Positions 39,267-48,771 of a DNA stretch of 64,000 nt are shown one piece after another (the stretch's first letter is position 1; each line of letters begins with the position of its first letter). Location: IMG/VR virus record IMGVR_UViG_3300027983_002388. One strand, given 5' to 3'. Below the pieces are notes generated by a model. It had not been told where the DNA came from and did no database searches. It saw only the letters and a list, made by a program, of their open reading frames with translations. A program made the translations under genes and the position numbers. Source of the DNA: a virus (Duplodnaviria > Caudoviricetes).

Positions 39267-40010
39267 ATGGCAACAAAAGAACGATACCAAAATCCTACTT
39301 GCGGTGACTCAGTAAATCTTCGGTTGTTTACTTACAACAGCAACAACCGAAGAGACGTGCAATCTATCGAGAAAGTGGAAATTTACACTTATGACGATAC
39401 CTTCAGGTCTGCTGATAATCCTCAAGGAATGAGATTGGTTCAAACCGTTCTCGGCACAGATGTCGTACAAGAAGCAACAGGTCAATATTTGTTACAGCTA
39501 ACGGTTTCAAACCCGTTGTATACAATCGGCTCATATAGAGACGTTTGGTCTGTTGTCTTTGAGGACGGCGAATGTGCAACTGCTCAGGTTGCGAACGACT
39601 TTCAGATTTATTCTGATTTGTGGTTCACAACACCAATCCCGCCAATATATGATTTTAATTTTAACTTCCGTCCCAATAAAGTCCGTAAAGGATCAAAGCG
39701 ATATTTGCTGATCCAGGTCGTACCGAATGTTCCACGAGGGTCCGAGATTCTTCCCTACTATGAAAATCTCGCCATAGTCTCAGATTTACGGGTATCTATA
39801 GAACTTGCCTGCGGGGAGTGTGTCCCGGCAGAGCAAGACCTACGCCTGATAGAAGATCGGACCCTTGTGAACTATCGTGAAAAAGGTTACGCATATTTCT
39901 TCCTTGATACGGAAGAATATGATGAAGGCATTTACAATATTTGGTTTGAACTTGCCTTTGGCGAAAACGTGTTCGTGTCTGACAAAAACTCTTTCCAGGT
40001 ATACAGCTAA
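39267..40010 (+). CDS. Probable baseplate/virion structural protein (two Ig-like beta domains)
   Basis: Beta-rich repeats GSYRDVW and GIYNIWF; context. Confidence 0.45.
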   Translation: MATKERYQNPTCGDSVNLRLFTYNSNNRRDVQSIEKVEIYTYDDTFRSADNPQGMRLVQTVLGTDVVQEATGQYLLQLTVSNPLYTIGSYRDVWSVVFEDGECATAQVANDFQIYSDLWFTTPIPPIYDFNFNFRPNKVRKGSKRYLLIQVVPNVPRGSEILPYYENLAIVSDLRVSIELACGECVPAEQDLRLIEDRTLVNYREKGYAYFFLDTEEYDEGIYNIWFELAFGENVFVSDKNSFQVYS

Positions 40011-40531
40011 TGGCCGTTTTTAATCTTCCCGATGAACCAGATTCGCCAGCAGGAAAGGCAATCCAAACTGCATTGGCACCATCAGCAGAAAAGCTGGCAT
40101 CTCTAGTGATGCCAAATAAATTTCAGTTGGTATTCAAATCAGACCCATATTTGGGCGATAGTGTTCATGGCTTGATACTTGACCTGGGCCGCAAAGAATT
40201 GATTTTCAACACAATAGAAAACGGTCAATACAATTGGATTGACTGGCTTTTAGAAGTGCCTGAAGATGAAGTTGTTACGTTATTCTTTTTAGACGAAGAC
40301 AATAAACACAGGTGTATATTGGTCATGGAAGGACTCTATGTGTTTGAACATACTTGTGCAATGAATAATACACAGAACGCTTATGGCATCGACTCGACTG
40401 AAAATCTCGAACACAAAGTAACAGTGCAATTCACCAATATTGAAAGACTACATCCAGAAGGGCAGGGGAAAAGTTTGAAAAAAGTGGTCAGAAGACCCAA
40501 GGAGAATGTTGATCGCCAAAGACAAGAGTAA
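40010..40531 (+). CDS. Hypothetical protein
   Basis: TAATG coupling with the previous gene. Confidence 0.6.
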   Translation: MAVFNLPDEPDSPAGKAIQTALAPSAEKLASLVMPNKFQLVFKSDPYLGDSVHGLILDLGRKELIFNTIENGQYNWIDWLLEVPEDEVVTLFFLDEDNKHRCILVMEGLYVFEHTCAMNNTQNAYGIDSTENLEHKVTVQFTNIERLHPEGQGKSLKKVVRRPKENVDRQRQE

Positions 40532-40564
40532 AGGTAAGATCAAAGACTCCTCCCAAAATGCAAC

Positions 40565-40595
40565 AAAAAGGCTCGCCAATTGGCGAGCCTTTTTT
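40565..40595. terminator. Intrinsic terminator
   Basis: aaaaaggctcgcc-aatt-ggcgagcctttttt. Confidence 0.8.
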
Positions 40596-40777
40596 CGTGT
40601 AAAATCACTCGACTCTCAATCTCTGCAAGGCTTGTTTTGCAGAGGACTTACGGCAAAAAACATGGTGGGAGAGAAAGGCAGGCTTTCGAGAATATTTCTG
40701 TTCAATCTTTACAACCAGACTTTTTTGACGTACTATCTGAGGGAACGAAACGTCTTCTTCACGAAAGGAAGGTGCAA

Positions 40778-41995
40778 ATGGCATCAAAACGTGGTATTCG
40801 TAAACGGAACGAGCGTATCGTCCGTCAAAAACTCGAACAGGAGTCAAACATGGCTGAAAACAAGTTGACCGGAAATGTAGGTCGCACTTCGGTAGCCGAT
40901 CTGATACTAGCCCGTACTAGATTTCTTCACCCGGACAAACCTTCGATTCAGGTGGTACAACCTCAACCTGCGGCCCCTCTGGAGAAGCCCGGCGACAAAC
41001 CTGTGGCTGCATCTCCGGCACTTCAGGACACCGCTCCAGTTGCAGTTGATCCAATCATCAGCAGCGTTCGTCACAAAGAGATGATCTTTCGTGAAGCCGA
41101 CGAGAATCGGGATCACTACCTCTTAAAGCAACTGGAAGACGGCGAAAAATTGCCGTGGTTTCGATACGTCCGCAAAGAGAGTCAATACTCCGAATTCGTC
41201 ATGCTCACAACAGAGATGGCGAAAGCAATGCTTCAGAGCGTCTGGACCGAGACGGAAGGCAACCGAAAGCTGAAAGTTTGGCTGAAAGATGCCTACAAGC
41301 GAGACATTGATAATGATCGCTGGATTCCCTCTGACGAATCGATTGGTATCGACTTCAATGGTGTTGTATACAATGGACGGCATCGACTCACGGCACTCGT
41401 GGAATCGGGCAAAGAATGGCCGTTCTACGTCACTTTCAATTGCTTGGAAGAGGCCAAGTTCACGGTTGATTCCGGGGCGAAACGCAACTCAGCAGAGAAG
41501 TTACGTCTCGTGATCGACACCAAGCTGGGAAATCGAACCACTGGCTTCTGCAAGGCTATCATGAAAGGTCTTCAGAGCAAGGTTCGTTACACAGAGACGG
41601 AAATCGCTGAATTTGCACACAAGTGGCAGGATTTAATTGCCTGGATCAGTAGCAACTTGCCAGTCGCACGAGCCGAAGTTCAAGCGGCAATTGCAAAAGC
41701 ATATCTGTGGTATGGCCCGGAAAAAATCGAACTGTTTGCCGAACGTCTTCGGGAAGTGAAATTCACGGAAGATGGTGATCCAGCACGAGCGTTGTATTTG
41801 GCTCTCACCAAGGCGAAAATCAATCGCATCAACGTCGCATTGGTTGCTTACAAAAAGACGCTGGCAAGCGTTGAGGCTACGGTGACAAACAAGCCGCTTT
41901 CCCGTCTGTATGAGCGAGACGAGGACATTTTCCAGTGGCAAGAAGGCTGGGAACTCCCGCAAGGATCGTGGTGGGAAGCCCAACCAAAAGAGTAA
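40778..41995 (+). CDS. ParB/Srx-like domain protein
   Basis: IGIDFNGVVYNGRHRLTAL; VDSG..R; SD before ATG 40778. Confidence 0.7.
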   Translation: MASKRGIRKRNERIVRQKLEQESNMAENKLTGNVGRTSVADLILARTRFLHPDKPSIQVVQPQPAAPLEKPGDKPVAASPALQDTAPVAVDPIISSVRHKEMIFREADENRDHYLLKQLEDGEKLPWFRYVRKESQYSEFVMLTTEMAKAMLQSVWTETEGNRKLKVWLKDAYKRDIDNDRWIPSDESIGIDFNGVVYNGRHRLTALVESGKEWPFYVTFNCLEEAKFTVDSGAKRNSAEKLRLVIDTKLGNRTTGFCKAIMKGLQSKVRYTETEIAEFAHKWQDLIAWISSNLPVARAEVQAAIAKAYLWYGPEKIELFAERLREVKFTEDGDPARALYLALTKAKINRINVALVAYKKTLASVEATVTNKPLSRLYERDEDIFQWQEGWELPQGSWWEAQPKE

Positions 41996-42004
41996 AATAT
42001 AAAG

Positions 42005-42038
42005 GCTGGCCCGGAAATATCCGGGCCAGCTTCGTTTT
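42005..42038 (+). terminator. Intrinsic terminator
   Basis: gctggcccgga-aata-tccgggccagc plus ttcgtttt. Confidence 0.7.
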
Positions 42039-42041
42039 GGG

Positions 42042-42070
42042 TTTACACTTCCTTATTTCCGTGGTAGAAT
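42042..42070 (+). promoter_or_regulatory. Early sigma70-type promoter
   Basis: (G)TTTACA-N17 (ending CGTGG)-TAGAAT. Confidence 0.78.
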
Positions 42071-42122
42071 ATTCCCAACACCGTGGAACTCGAATATCCC
42101 CAGGAATTAAGGGAAGAAAAAA

Positions 42123-43727
42123 ATGGCTAGTGCCAATAATGTCCTAACAGCGAAATTAGACTTTTGGGTAAAGCACAACAAGAATGTGCTTTTCATCGGA
42201 AAACATGGCGTCGGCAAGACTGCTATGATTAAGGACGCCTTTGATCGGCACGGCTTGAATTGGCGGTATTTTTCTGCATCTACGATGGACCCGTGGGTTG
42301 ACTTCATTGGAGTACCACGAGAAAAAACCGACAACAAGGTTCCCGAACAATTCGAGATCATTAAGGAACTAGCATCCATTGATTTGCCGCTTGCCTACGA
42401 GTGGGTCCAGAACAATTGGAAACTCAGCGACGAAGCGTCCAAGCGTGTCGTCGATCACGCTGTAAATCGCCAGCAAGGATTGACATATCTCGATCTGGTT
42501 CGTCCGCAAACTTTTGCCGCTGGTGAAGTCGAAGCGTTATTCTTCGACGAATATAATCGGTCGCCAAAGAAAGTCCGCAACGCCGTGATGGAACTGATTC
42601 AGTTCAAGTCCATCAATGGTATGAAGTTTCCAAACCTTCGTATCGTTTGGGCGGCAATCAACCCGGACGATGATGAAAACGAAACCTACGACGTTGAACG
42701 TCTCGACCCTGCTCAGGCCGACCGATACCATATCGCAGTTGAAGTACCTTATCGGCCAAATGCCGATTGGTTCCGAGGCGAATATGGTCAGCGTGTTGGT
42801 GATGCTGCCATTCAGTGGTGGGACGACTTGTCGGAAGAAGAAAAAAACCGCATCAGCCCTCGTCGTCTTCAATATGCTCTCGACGTATATCGTGAGCGAG
42901 GGGATATGAGGGATGTGTTGCCTCTGACGGTAAATGTCAGCAAGCTGACCACGGCATTGAATACAGGACCGATCACCGAGAAGTTGGAACAGTTGATGAA
43001 GTCGAAGGACGTGGCCGAAGCACGAACCTTCCTGAACAACGAAAACAACTACACGGCGGCAATGAAGTTTATTCCGAAGTCGGAAACTTTGACGACATAT
43101 TTCATCCCGTTGCTGCCGAAAGAAAAGATGGCAGCACTGATGAACGATGACGACAAGACTTGCAATTACATCATTACCAATACCGACAAAGTGCCGGTAT
43201 TCAAAGATGTATGTAAGGAACTTATCAACGCCAACACCAATGTTAGACTCGCCAAGAAGATTCGCCGGGCGATGACGGAGAATCAAGATTTGGCTACAGC
43301 ATTCGCATCTGAGACAGATGCTTCAGTGCCACCGGCTGAATCGCATTTTAACAAAGTCAAGGCAGGAACAAAGTCCTGGAGTGATACCTTGACCGAATTG
43401 AAGACCGCTCCACAGGATACGTCACAACAGCGTATCCAAAATTACGACAAAATTGCATCCAGCATCCCGGAGAAGCAAACGGCAGACGAGGCATTGGCAA
43501 CATTGGAAATTCTCAATGCAGTGTTTAGCGGCAATCAATTTGCCTCTAGTATCACTGCCAAACCTTTTGAAAAGCTAATGGGGATTGTGAACCACTGCAT
43601 TGCAGAAATCCACCGGAACACCGGATCGGATTGGACTACAATTCTCAGTAAGCATGGCGTTCGCTTCAAGACTTTGTTGGAGAAGATTAAAGTCGGCGGA
43701 TTGTCTTCTCGGTTGTACACTCCATAA
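42123..43727 (+). CDS. MoxR-like AAA+ ATPase
   Basis: IGKHGVGKT, FFDEYNR, AAINP, LDPAQADRY. Confidence 0.85.
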   Translation: MASANNVLTAKLDFWVKHNKNVLFIGKHGVGKTAMIKDAFDRHGLNWRYFSASTMDPWVDFIGVPREKTDNKVPEQFEIIKELASIDLPLAYEWVQNNWKLSDEASKRVVDHAVNRQQGLTYLDLVRPQTFAAGEVEALFFDEYNRSPKKVRNAVMELIQFKSINGMKFPNLRIVWAAINPDDDENETYDVERLDPAQADRYHIAVEVPYRPNADWFRGEYGQRVGDAAIQWWDDLSEEEKNRISPRRLQYALDVYRERGDMRDVLPLTVNVSKLTTALNTGPITEKLEQLMKSKDVAEARTFLNNENNYTAAMKFIPKSETLTTYFIPLLPKEKMAALMNDDDKTCNYIITNTDKVPVFKDVCKELINANTNVRLAKKIRRAMTENQDLATAFASETDASVPPAESHFNKVKAGTKSWSDTLTELKTAPQDTSQQRIQNYDKIASSIPEKQTADEALATLEILNAVFSGNQFASSITAKPFEKLMGIVNHCIAEIHRNTGSDWTTILSKHGVRFKTLLEKIKVGGLSSRLYTP

Positions 43728-43731
43728 ACGA

Positions 43732-43760
43732 TATACAACCAGCATAAAACGTGGTACAAT
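43732..43760 (+). promoter_or_regulatory. Early sigma70-type promoter
   Basis: TATACA-N17 (ending CGTGG)-TACAAT. Confidence 0.65.
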
Positions 43761-43794
43761 CAGAGGGCTGGCAGAACCAGCCCTCTGTTTCTTT
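43761..43794 (+). terminator. Intrinsic terminator overlapping the next promoter's start site
   Basis: cagagggctgg-cagaa-ccagccctctg plus tttcttt. Confidence 0.7.
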
Positions 43795-43808
43795 AGGATG
43801 GATGTAAT

Positions 43809-45230
43809 ATGATTGAAGCAAACGAAGGCGAATTGGATAGTGTTCCTGGGGTTGCCGAGGACGGCACCTTAGATGTTGCGTCATCCAACAAATACAAAGT
43901 CCGCATCTCAAATGAGGAATGGTTTGAGATCAGCCGAGCGCTCGAACCACACCATGCTGTATTTTACAAAGTATGGCAAATGGGTAAGCCAATTTTTAAC
44001 GATGAAATCGAGACTGCTGCTGTGCAGTTCGATGAAAATGGAAACTTCATTTGGTTCCATTTCAATCCTCACTTCTGGAAGAGGATGCAATTCAAAGACA
44101 AGTTATTCGTGATCTGTCACGAAGCGTTGCATATTGTCTTGAATCACGGACTCCGCACTAGAGATTGTGGTTCCAATCGTCGAGCCACAAACGTAGCCCT
44201 TGACGTTGTGGTGAACCACACGCTCGCCAACAACTTCGGATTTGAGCGAACCAACATCGAAGGTTGGGAAGACTATTGTTGGGTCGATACGGTATTCAAA
44301 GATAAAAAGCCGCAACCGCCCGACAATGAAATGTACGAGCATTACTACAACCTCTTCGAGAAAGTCTATGGCGACGGCGGCATGGGCGATGGAGAAGGCG
44401 GCGGTCCAGGTCTTGTCGATGACCACGAAATGATGGGAGAGGGTTCTGATAAATGGGATAAGGTCATCGACCAACTGAATGAAGGCATGTCCGAGGAAGA
44501 GAAAGAATCTCTCAAGGCGACAGTCAATAAGCACTTTCAGAAAAATGAAACGAAGCCCGAGAAAAACCAACCGGCTGGAACTGGTACGGGTGGTCAATGG
44601 GTATTCACCAATGTCGGAAAAGTAAAGAAGAAATCGAAGTGGGAAACGGTCATCAAGAAGTGGAGTAGGAAATATCTGATCGACAAAGAAAAAGAAGTTG
44701 AGCAGTGGGCCAGACTTCAACGTCGAATGACTATGCTGCCAAGGAATATGTTCCTGCCAACTGACATGGAAGTCGAAGACAACGAAAAGGAAAAAACAAG
44801 GATCGACGTGTGGTTTTATCTCGACACGTCAGGATCGTGTTGGGGATTGAAGGATCGTTTCTTTGAAGCGGCATTAAGCCTGCCTACAGAGCGATTCAAC
44901 GTCCGTCTTTTCTGCTTCGATACCAAGGTTGAAGAAACCACCCTCGAAAGTCGTAAGGTATATGGGGGTGGCGGCACGACGTTCGATATTCTTGAATCTG
45001 AAATTCAGAATGAACTCCGCAAGGGTGGTGGCACAAAGAAAACCCTTGAAGGAAAAGAAGTGCCGATGATTACCAAATACCCGGAAGCTGTATTCGTCAT
45101 CACTGATGGATACGGCACTAACGTAAAGCCTGAAAAGCCTGACAACTGGTATTGGTTCATCACGGAAGGTGGCGTTAAATCTCACATCGACCGGGGATGT
45201 AACTTCTATAAACTGGGTGATTTTGAATAA
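43809..45230 (+). CDS. Metallopeptidase-like (HExxH) plus VWA domain protein, DUF2201-like
   Basis: CHEALH; MIDAS DTSGS; ITDG; partner of the MoxR ATPase. Confidence 0.8.
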   Translation: MIEANEGELDSVPGVAEDGTLDVASSNKYKVRISNEEWFEISRALEPHHAVFYKVWQMGKPIFNDEIETAAVQFDENGNFIWFHFNPHFWKRMQFKDKLFVICHEALHIVLNHGLRTRDCGSNRRATNVALDVVVNHTLANNFGFERTNIEGWEDYCWVDTVFKDKKPQPPDNEMYEHYYNLFEKVYGDGGMGDGEGGGPGLVDDHEMMGEGSDKWDKVIDQLNEGMSEEEKESLKATVNKHFQKNETKPEKNQPAGTGTGGQWVFTNVGKVKKKSKWETVIKKWSRKYLIDKEKEVEQWARLQRRMTMLPRNMFLPTDMEVEDNEKEKTRIDVWFYLDTSGSCWGLKDRFFEAALSLPTERFNVRLFCFDTKVEETTLESRKVYGGGGTTFDILESEIQNELRKGGGTKKTLEGKEVPMITKYPEAVFVITDGYGTNVKPEKPDNWYWFITEGGVKSHIDRGCNFYKLGDFE

Positions 45231-45239
45231 GAGGGCAAA

Positions 45240-46664
45240 ATGGACTTCACAGTATTCGACCATCGTGAGCATATGACGGCGCTCACATGGTTGGGTCGTA
45301 AAGACTGGATGCTCTATCGAGACATTCCAGCCCAACGAGCCATCAGCGCTAAACCCCGCAAATTGGTACTCAAGCCCAAACAGCTTCTCGCTCCTGGGCC
45401 TGAGTCACCTATTACTGTGGGCGAAAAAGAATTCAACCGCTACCCCGCAGAAATGTGGAAGGTATTACGGGAGATCATGAACGTCCTTGAATTCGACGTA
45501 GTGGGAACCCTATGGTACAACACCTTGGCTAAAGCATTGGCTGGTGGACCAAAGATTTTTCGACCGTCGCCGCTCCAATGTGAAGCATTGGAACACGCTG
45601 AAGCACGATATGCCTTCAAGGACTACAAGCAACCATTTCCGGTCATCACACTGGAGATACCGGAAGAATATCGTCAGCAACTTCAGCAAAAATATGGCAT
45701 TGATGAATCGCCTCGATATGTTCTTGTCAACCATGATGACAAAAACCGATTCATTACTGTGAGTGCTTTTTACAACAAAGGAAATATCATTACGCATATT
45801 ACGCCTGATCGGGCTGAATATGCAACAATTGAAGAAAGTCTCGTTCGCAATCGAGATCGTCGTCAAGATGACGTACAAGAAGTATCGGCGGGCAAATTTT
45901 TAATGCCCGGCAATCCAGCTATTCAAGGTAGCACCGAGGGTGAATTCGATGCTGCTGAGAATGTACAACGACTCGGCATTAACTTCGCCATGATGATGTC
46001 GCTATACACAGTAAAAGTAGCCGGACCCTTGGATGCTAACAACTACAAGATTTGGCAACAAGAAGCAAGGGCAAAGCGAGGCGGTAGCGTTCCAACTCGG
46101 AGAGCAATGGAATCGCAGCAAAAGCTGGCGGCTACTATGCAACTCATTCAGTTCGACCAGAAAGTCGAATTCTATGACGAAGTTGAAGAACAAATCGAAG
46201 TGGCACAGGGAGTAGATATTGAAAGTTTGCACAAGTCTCCTAGATCTCACTGGAGACGTGGGCATTTTGCAATGCAACCTTTTGGCCTTGGTCGTCGTGA
46301 ACGAAGAATGATTTTTCGTAAGCCGCTATTGGTTAGAGCCAAATACTTCCTGGGAGATATTAAGGACGCAAGCGTCACTTACACAATTCATCCAGGACGA
46401 CCGGCTGCGCCATTGCCAGCACCGCCACCAGAAATGATGGTCAACACTCCAACTCAACTCCCTCCACCGGAGCCTGGGTTGAAGACTGGACAACGAATTG
46501 AAATCATTCAGGCAGAAGAATGTTCTGTCGGTCCTGGAACTCAGGGCAAGATCGTCAAGGTAGTTGATCTTGGATCGAACATGGTACAAATTGACGCATT
46601 GACCGACGATGGGCAAAAATTCTCGCTAATTACCCCGCCAGATGAGTTCAAAATATCAGGATGA
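45240..46664 (+). CDS. Hypothetical protein with HWRRGH motif and C-terminal DUF4314-like SH3 barrel
   Basis: PRSHWRRGHF; Pro linker; GQRIEI...GPGTQGKIVKVVDLG. Confidence 0.6.
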   Translation: MDFTVFDHREHMTALTWLGRKDWMLYRDIPAQRAISAKPRKLVLKPKQLLAPGPESPITVGEKEFNRYPAEMWKVLREIMNVLEFDVVGTLWYNTLAKALAGGPKIFRPSPLQCEALEHAEARYAFKDYKQPFPVITLEIPEEYRQQLQQKYGIDESPRYVLVNHDDKNRFITVSAFYNKGNIITHITPDRAEYATIEESLVRNRDRRQDDVQEVSAGKFLMPGNPAIQGSTEGEFDAAENVQRLGINFAMMMSLYTVKVAGPLDANNYKIWQQEARAKRGGSVPTRRAMESQQKLAATMQLIQFDQKVEFYDEVEEQIEVAQGVDIESLHKSPRSHWRRGHFAMQPFGLGRRERRMIFRKPLLVRAKYFLGDIKDASVTYTIHPGRPAAPLPAPPPEMMVNTPTQLPPPEPGLKTGQRIEIIQAEECSVGPGTQGKIVKVVDLGSNMVQIDALTDDGQKFSLITPPDEFKISG

Positions 46665-46670
46665 TCGATC

Positions 46671-47168
46671 ATGTGGAAATGGCCATTAAAAGAATTTTGT
46701 GATGTTCCTATTGAGAAACATCCTGGTGCGTTCGGTGCCATAAGAACACATGATATTCATACTGGTGTTGATTTATATTGCAAAAACAAAGACCTTGTAT
46801 TTGCTGTAGAAGATGGCACTGTCGTACTTGTGGATGACTTTACAGGAAAAATAACGAATACTCCTTGGTGGAACGACACAAAAGCTGTAATGATAGAAGG
46901 TGCGACAGGAGTTGTAAACTACGGCGAAATTGAGCCTTATTGTAAATTGAATCAAATTATAAAAAAAGGTGATTTAATTGGTTATGTCGTTCCTGTCTTG
47001 AAGTCAAAAAAAGAAAACATCCCAGGACATTCAGTTGCAATGCTTCATGTAGAACTATACAAACATGGCGTTCGCAATTTCGTTGACAAATGGGAACATG
47101 GACAAAATTGTCCTGTTGATTTGTTAAATCCGACTCAATACTTGACAAATTGCTCCATGAATCTTTAA
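46671..47168 (+). CDS. M23-family peptidase
   Basis: HTGVDL (HxxxD) and LHVEL; lacks one usual His so activity is uncertain. Confidence 0.7.
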   Translation: MWKWPLKEFCDVPIEKHPGAFGAIRTHDIHTGVDLYCKNKDLVFAVEDGTVVLVDDFTGKITNTPWWNDTKAVMIEGATGVVNYGEIEPYCKLNQIIKKGDLIGYVVPVLKSKKENIPGHSVAMLHVELYKHGVRNFVDKWEHGQNCPVDLLNPTQYLTNCSMNL

Positions 47169-47174
47169 TTTTGC

Positions 47175-47203
47175 TGTACAACTCTAAATCTCCGTGGTAT
47201 ACT
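47175..47203 (+). promoter_or_regulatory. Early promoter whose -10 lies in a 14-bp inverted repeat
   Basis: TGTACA-N17 (ending CGTGG)-TATACT; aaatctccgtggta/taccacggagattt. Confidence 0.7.
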
Positions 47204-47243
47204 CTACCACGGAGATTTTTTCAATTGCAGGCAAAGGTGATAT

Positions 47244-48425
47244 GTGTCAAACGAAAAACAACAAATCGGGATTTTGCCCCCTGAATTCGTAGACATGATG
47301 ACTCGGCAAGAAGAGTTACATCCTGATCTAGCTTCTTGCATCTTTGAAGAAGGCACATTAGGTAAATGCCTTAAACATCCACTCATTATTGGCTTGTTCT
47401 ACCATCCCGGTATGAATGCCATGTACAACTCACAATACCAAGCCAAACTCAAATACATCGCAGAAGCCGAAGAGAAGAAAAACTGGTCCAGCTATATCTG
47501 GATGCACGAGCGTCCTTATCGGTTAGAAAAATTCTCTGAAATTGAGAGTGAACTATCGGACCAAGAATATTGGGAATTACTGGGTAGCATTTGGTCTGAT
47601 AGTGAAAACCTTTGGCAATACGGCAGCATATTGGGCTGGCTTATCAACAAGAATCGTTCTGGTCGTGAATCCATGATGGATGAACACGAGAAGAAGCTCT
47701 TGGCAAAACTTCCTGATGAATTCACAATTTATCGTGGGCATCAAACCAAGAATCGTCTGGGTTATTCTTGGACCTTGAGCTATTGGCGAGCTAAATGGTT
47801 CGCCAATCGTTTTCAACAAAAAGGACAAGGCGTAGTAAAGGCCACTGTCAAGAAAGAACACGTTATTGCTGTATTGTTGGGACGAAATGAATTTGAAATC
47901 GTTGCATTGCCAAAACATCTAAAAATCGACACAGTTCGGAAAACAATGAAGCGACTACGTTGGCTCGAAGCCGCAAAAGAAGAATTTGATGCAACCTTCA
48001 TGGCAGGGCTAGGAAAACGCAATGCAAGTTTGTCTGTGCATGGCCCGTGGCATTGGGAAAAGGTCGAAAAGAACGCATTGATCTTGGCAAAAAATACGCC
48101 TGGCGCTGATAAGGTCGTGGCTCAATTATTTGCTCTGATTCATGATACAAAACGTCAAAATGAAGATGAAGACCCGGAACACGGTCATCGCTCGGCAGCA
48201 TACGCCGAAGAACTATTCAAACAGGGAAAGTTGGATATTACTGAAGACCAACTTGCTGTATTGATGGAAGCGTGTAAGCATCACAACGATGGGCAAATCA
48301 CAAACAACCCTACTATTGGCGTTTGTTGGGATGCAGATCGTTTAGACCTTACCAGAGTTGGCATTATCCCAAACCCGGAATTGCTGTCCACAAAGGCCGG
48401 TAAAGAACTTCTTTGGAGCATTTGA
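47244..48425 (+). CDS. ADP-ribosyltransferase-like domain (R-S-E type) fused to HD phosphohydrolase
   Basis: TIYRG, YSWT, A.WFA, RNEFE; then HGPWH, IHD, KHH, WDADRLD. Confidence 0.7.
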   Translation: MSNEKQQIGILPPEFVDMMTRQEELHPDLASCIFEEGTLGKCLKHPLIIGLFYHPGMNAMYNSQYQAKLKYIAEAEEKKNWSSYIWMHERPYRLEKFSEIESELSDQEYWELLGSIWSDSENLWQYGSILGWLINKNRSGRESMMDEHEKKLLAKLPDEFTIYRGHQTKNRLGYSWTLSYWRAKWFANRFQQKGQGVVKATVKKEHVIAVLLGRNEFEIVALPKHLKIDTVRKTMKRLRWLEAAKEEFDATFMAGLGKRNASLSVHGPWHWEKVEKNALILAKNTPGADKVVAQLFALIHDTKRQNEDEDPEHGHRSAAYAEELFKQGKLDITEDQLAVLMEACKHHNDGQITNNPTIGVCWDADRLDLTRVGIIPNPELLSTKAGKELLWSI

Positions 48426-48426
48426 G

Positions 48427-48729
48427 ATGCAAACAGTAGGTGATGCAACAAAATCCATCATGAGTTCCCCGCATTGCAAGGCAGTTATTCCTTGTCCAGT
48501 AGTATGTCTACAGGTCTTCAAAACAACGGAGTGCGATTCTCGGTCGCTTGAAGAACTCGTCCTGAAGCGAAACGAAGTTCAAAAACTGTTGCAAGATAAC
48601 AACAAACTTAAAAGAAAAGTTCACGCTGCCCAAGAATTCTTGGACAGACTTCAAAATAGTCTGCCCAAGTATTCTTGGACAGACTTCAAAATAGTCTGCC
48701 CAAGTATTCTTGGACAGACTTCAAAATAG
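48427..48729 (+). CDS. N-terminal part of a gene interrupted by the 35-bp array
   Basis: Stops at TAG inside repeat copy 3; same frame as the 48772 ORF. Confidence 0.5.
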   Translation: MQTVGDATKSIMSSPHCKAVIPCPVVCLQVFKTTECDSRSLEELVLKRNEVQKLLQDNNKLKRKVHAAQEFLDRLQNSLPKYSWTDFKIVCPSILGQTSK

Positions 48730-48764
48730 TCTGCCCAAGTATTCTTGGACAGACTTCAAAATAG
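48626..48764 (+). repeat. Four head-to-tail 35-bp repeats, each a hairpin
   Basis: ctgcccaagtattcttggacagacttcaaaatagt; copy 1 has one substitution, copy 4 lacks the last base. Confidence 0.95.
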
Positions 48765-48771
48765 GTTTACT

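Noticed and set aside
48626-48764. CRISPR array interpretation of the 35-bp repeats
   Set aside because: No spacers between the repeats.
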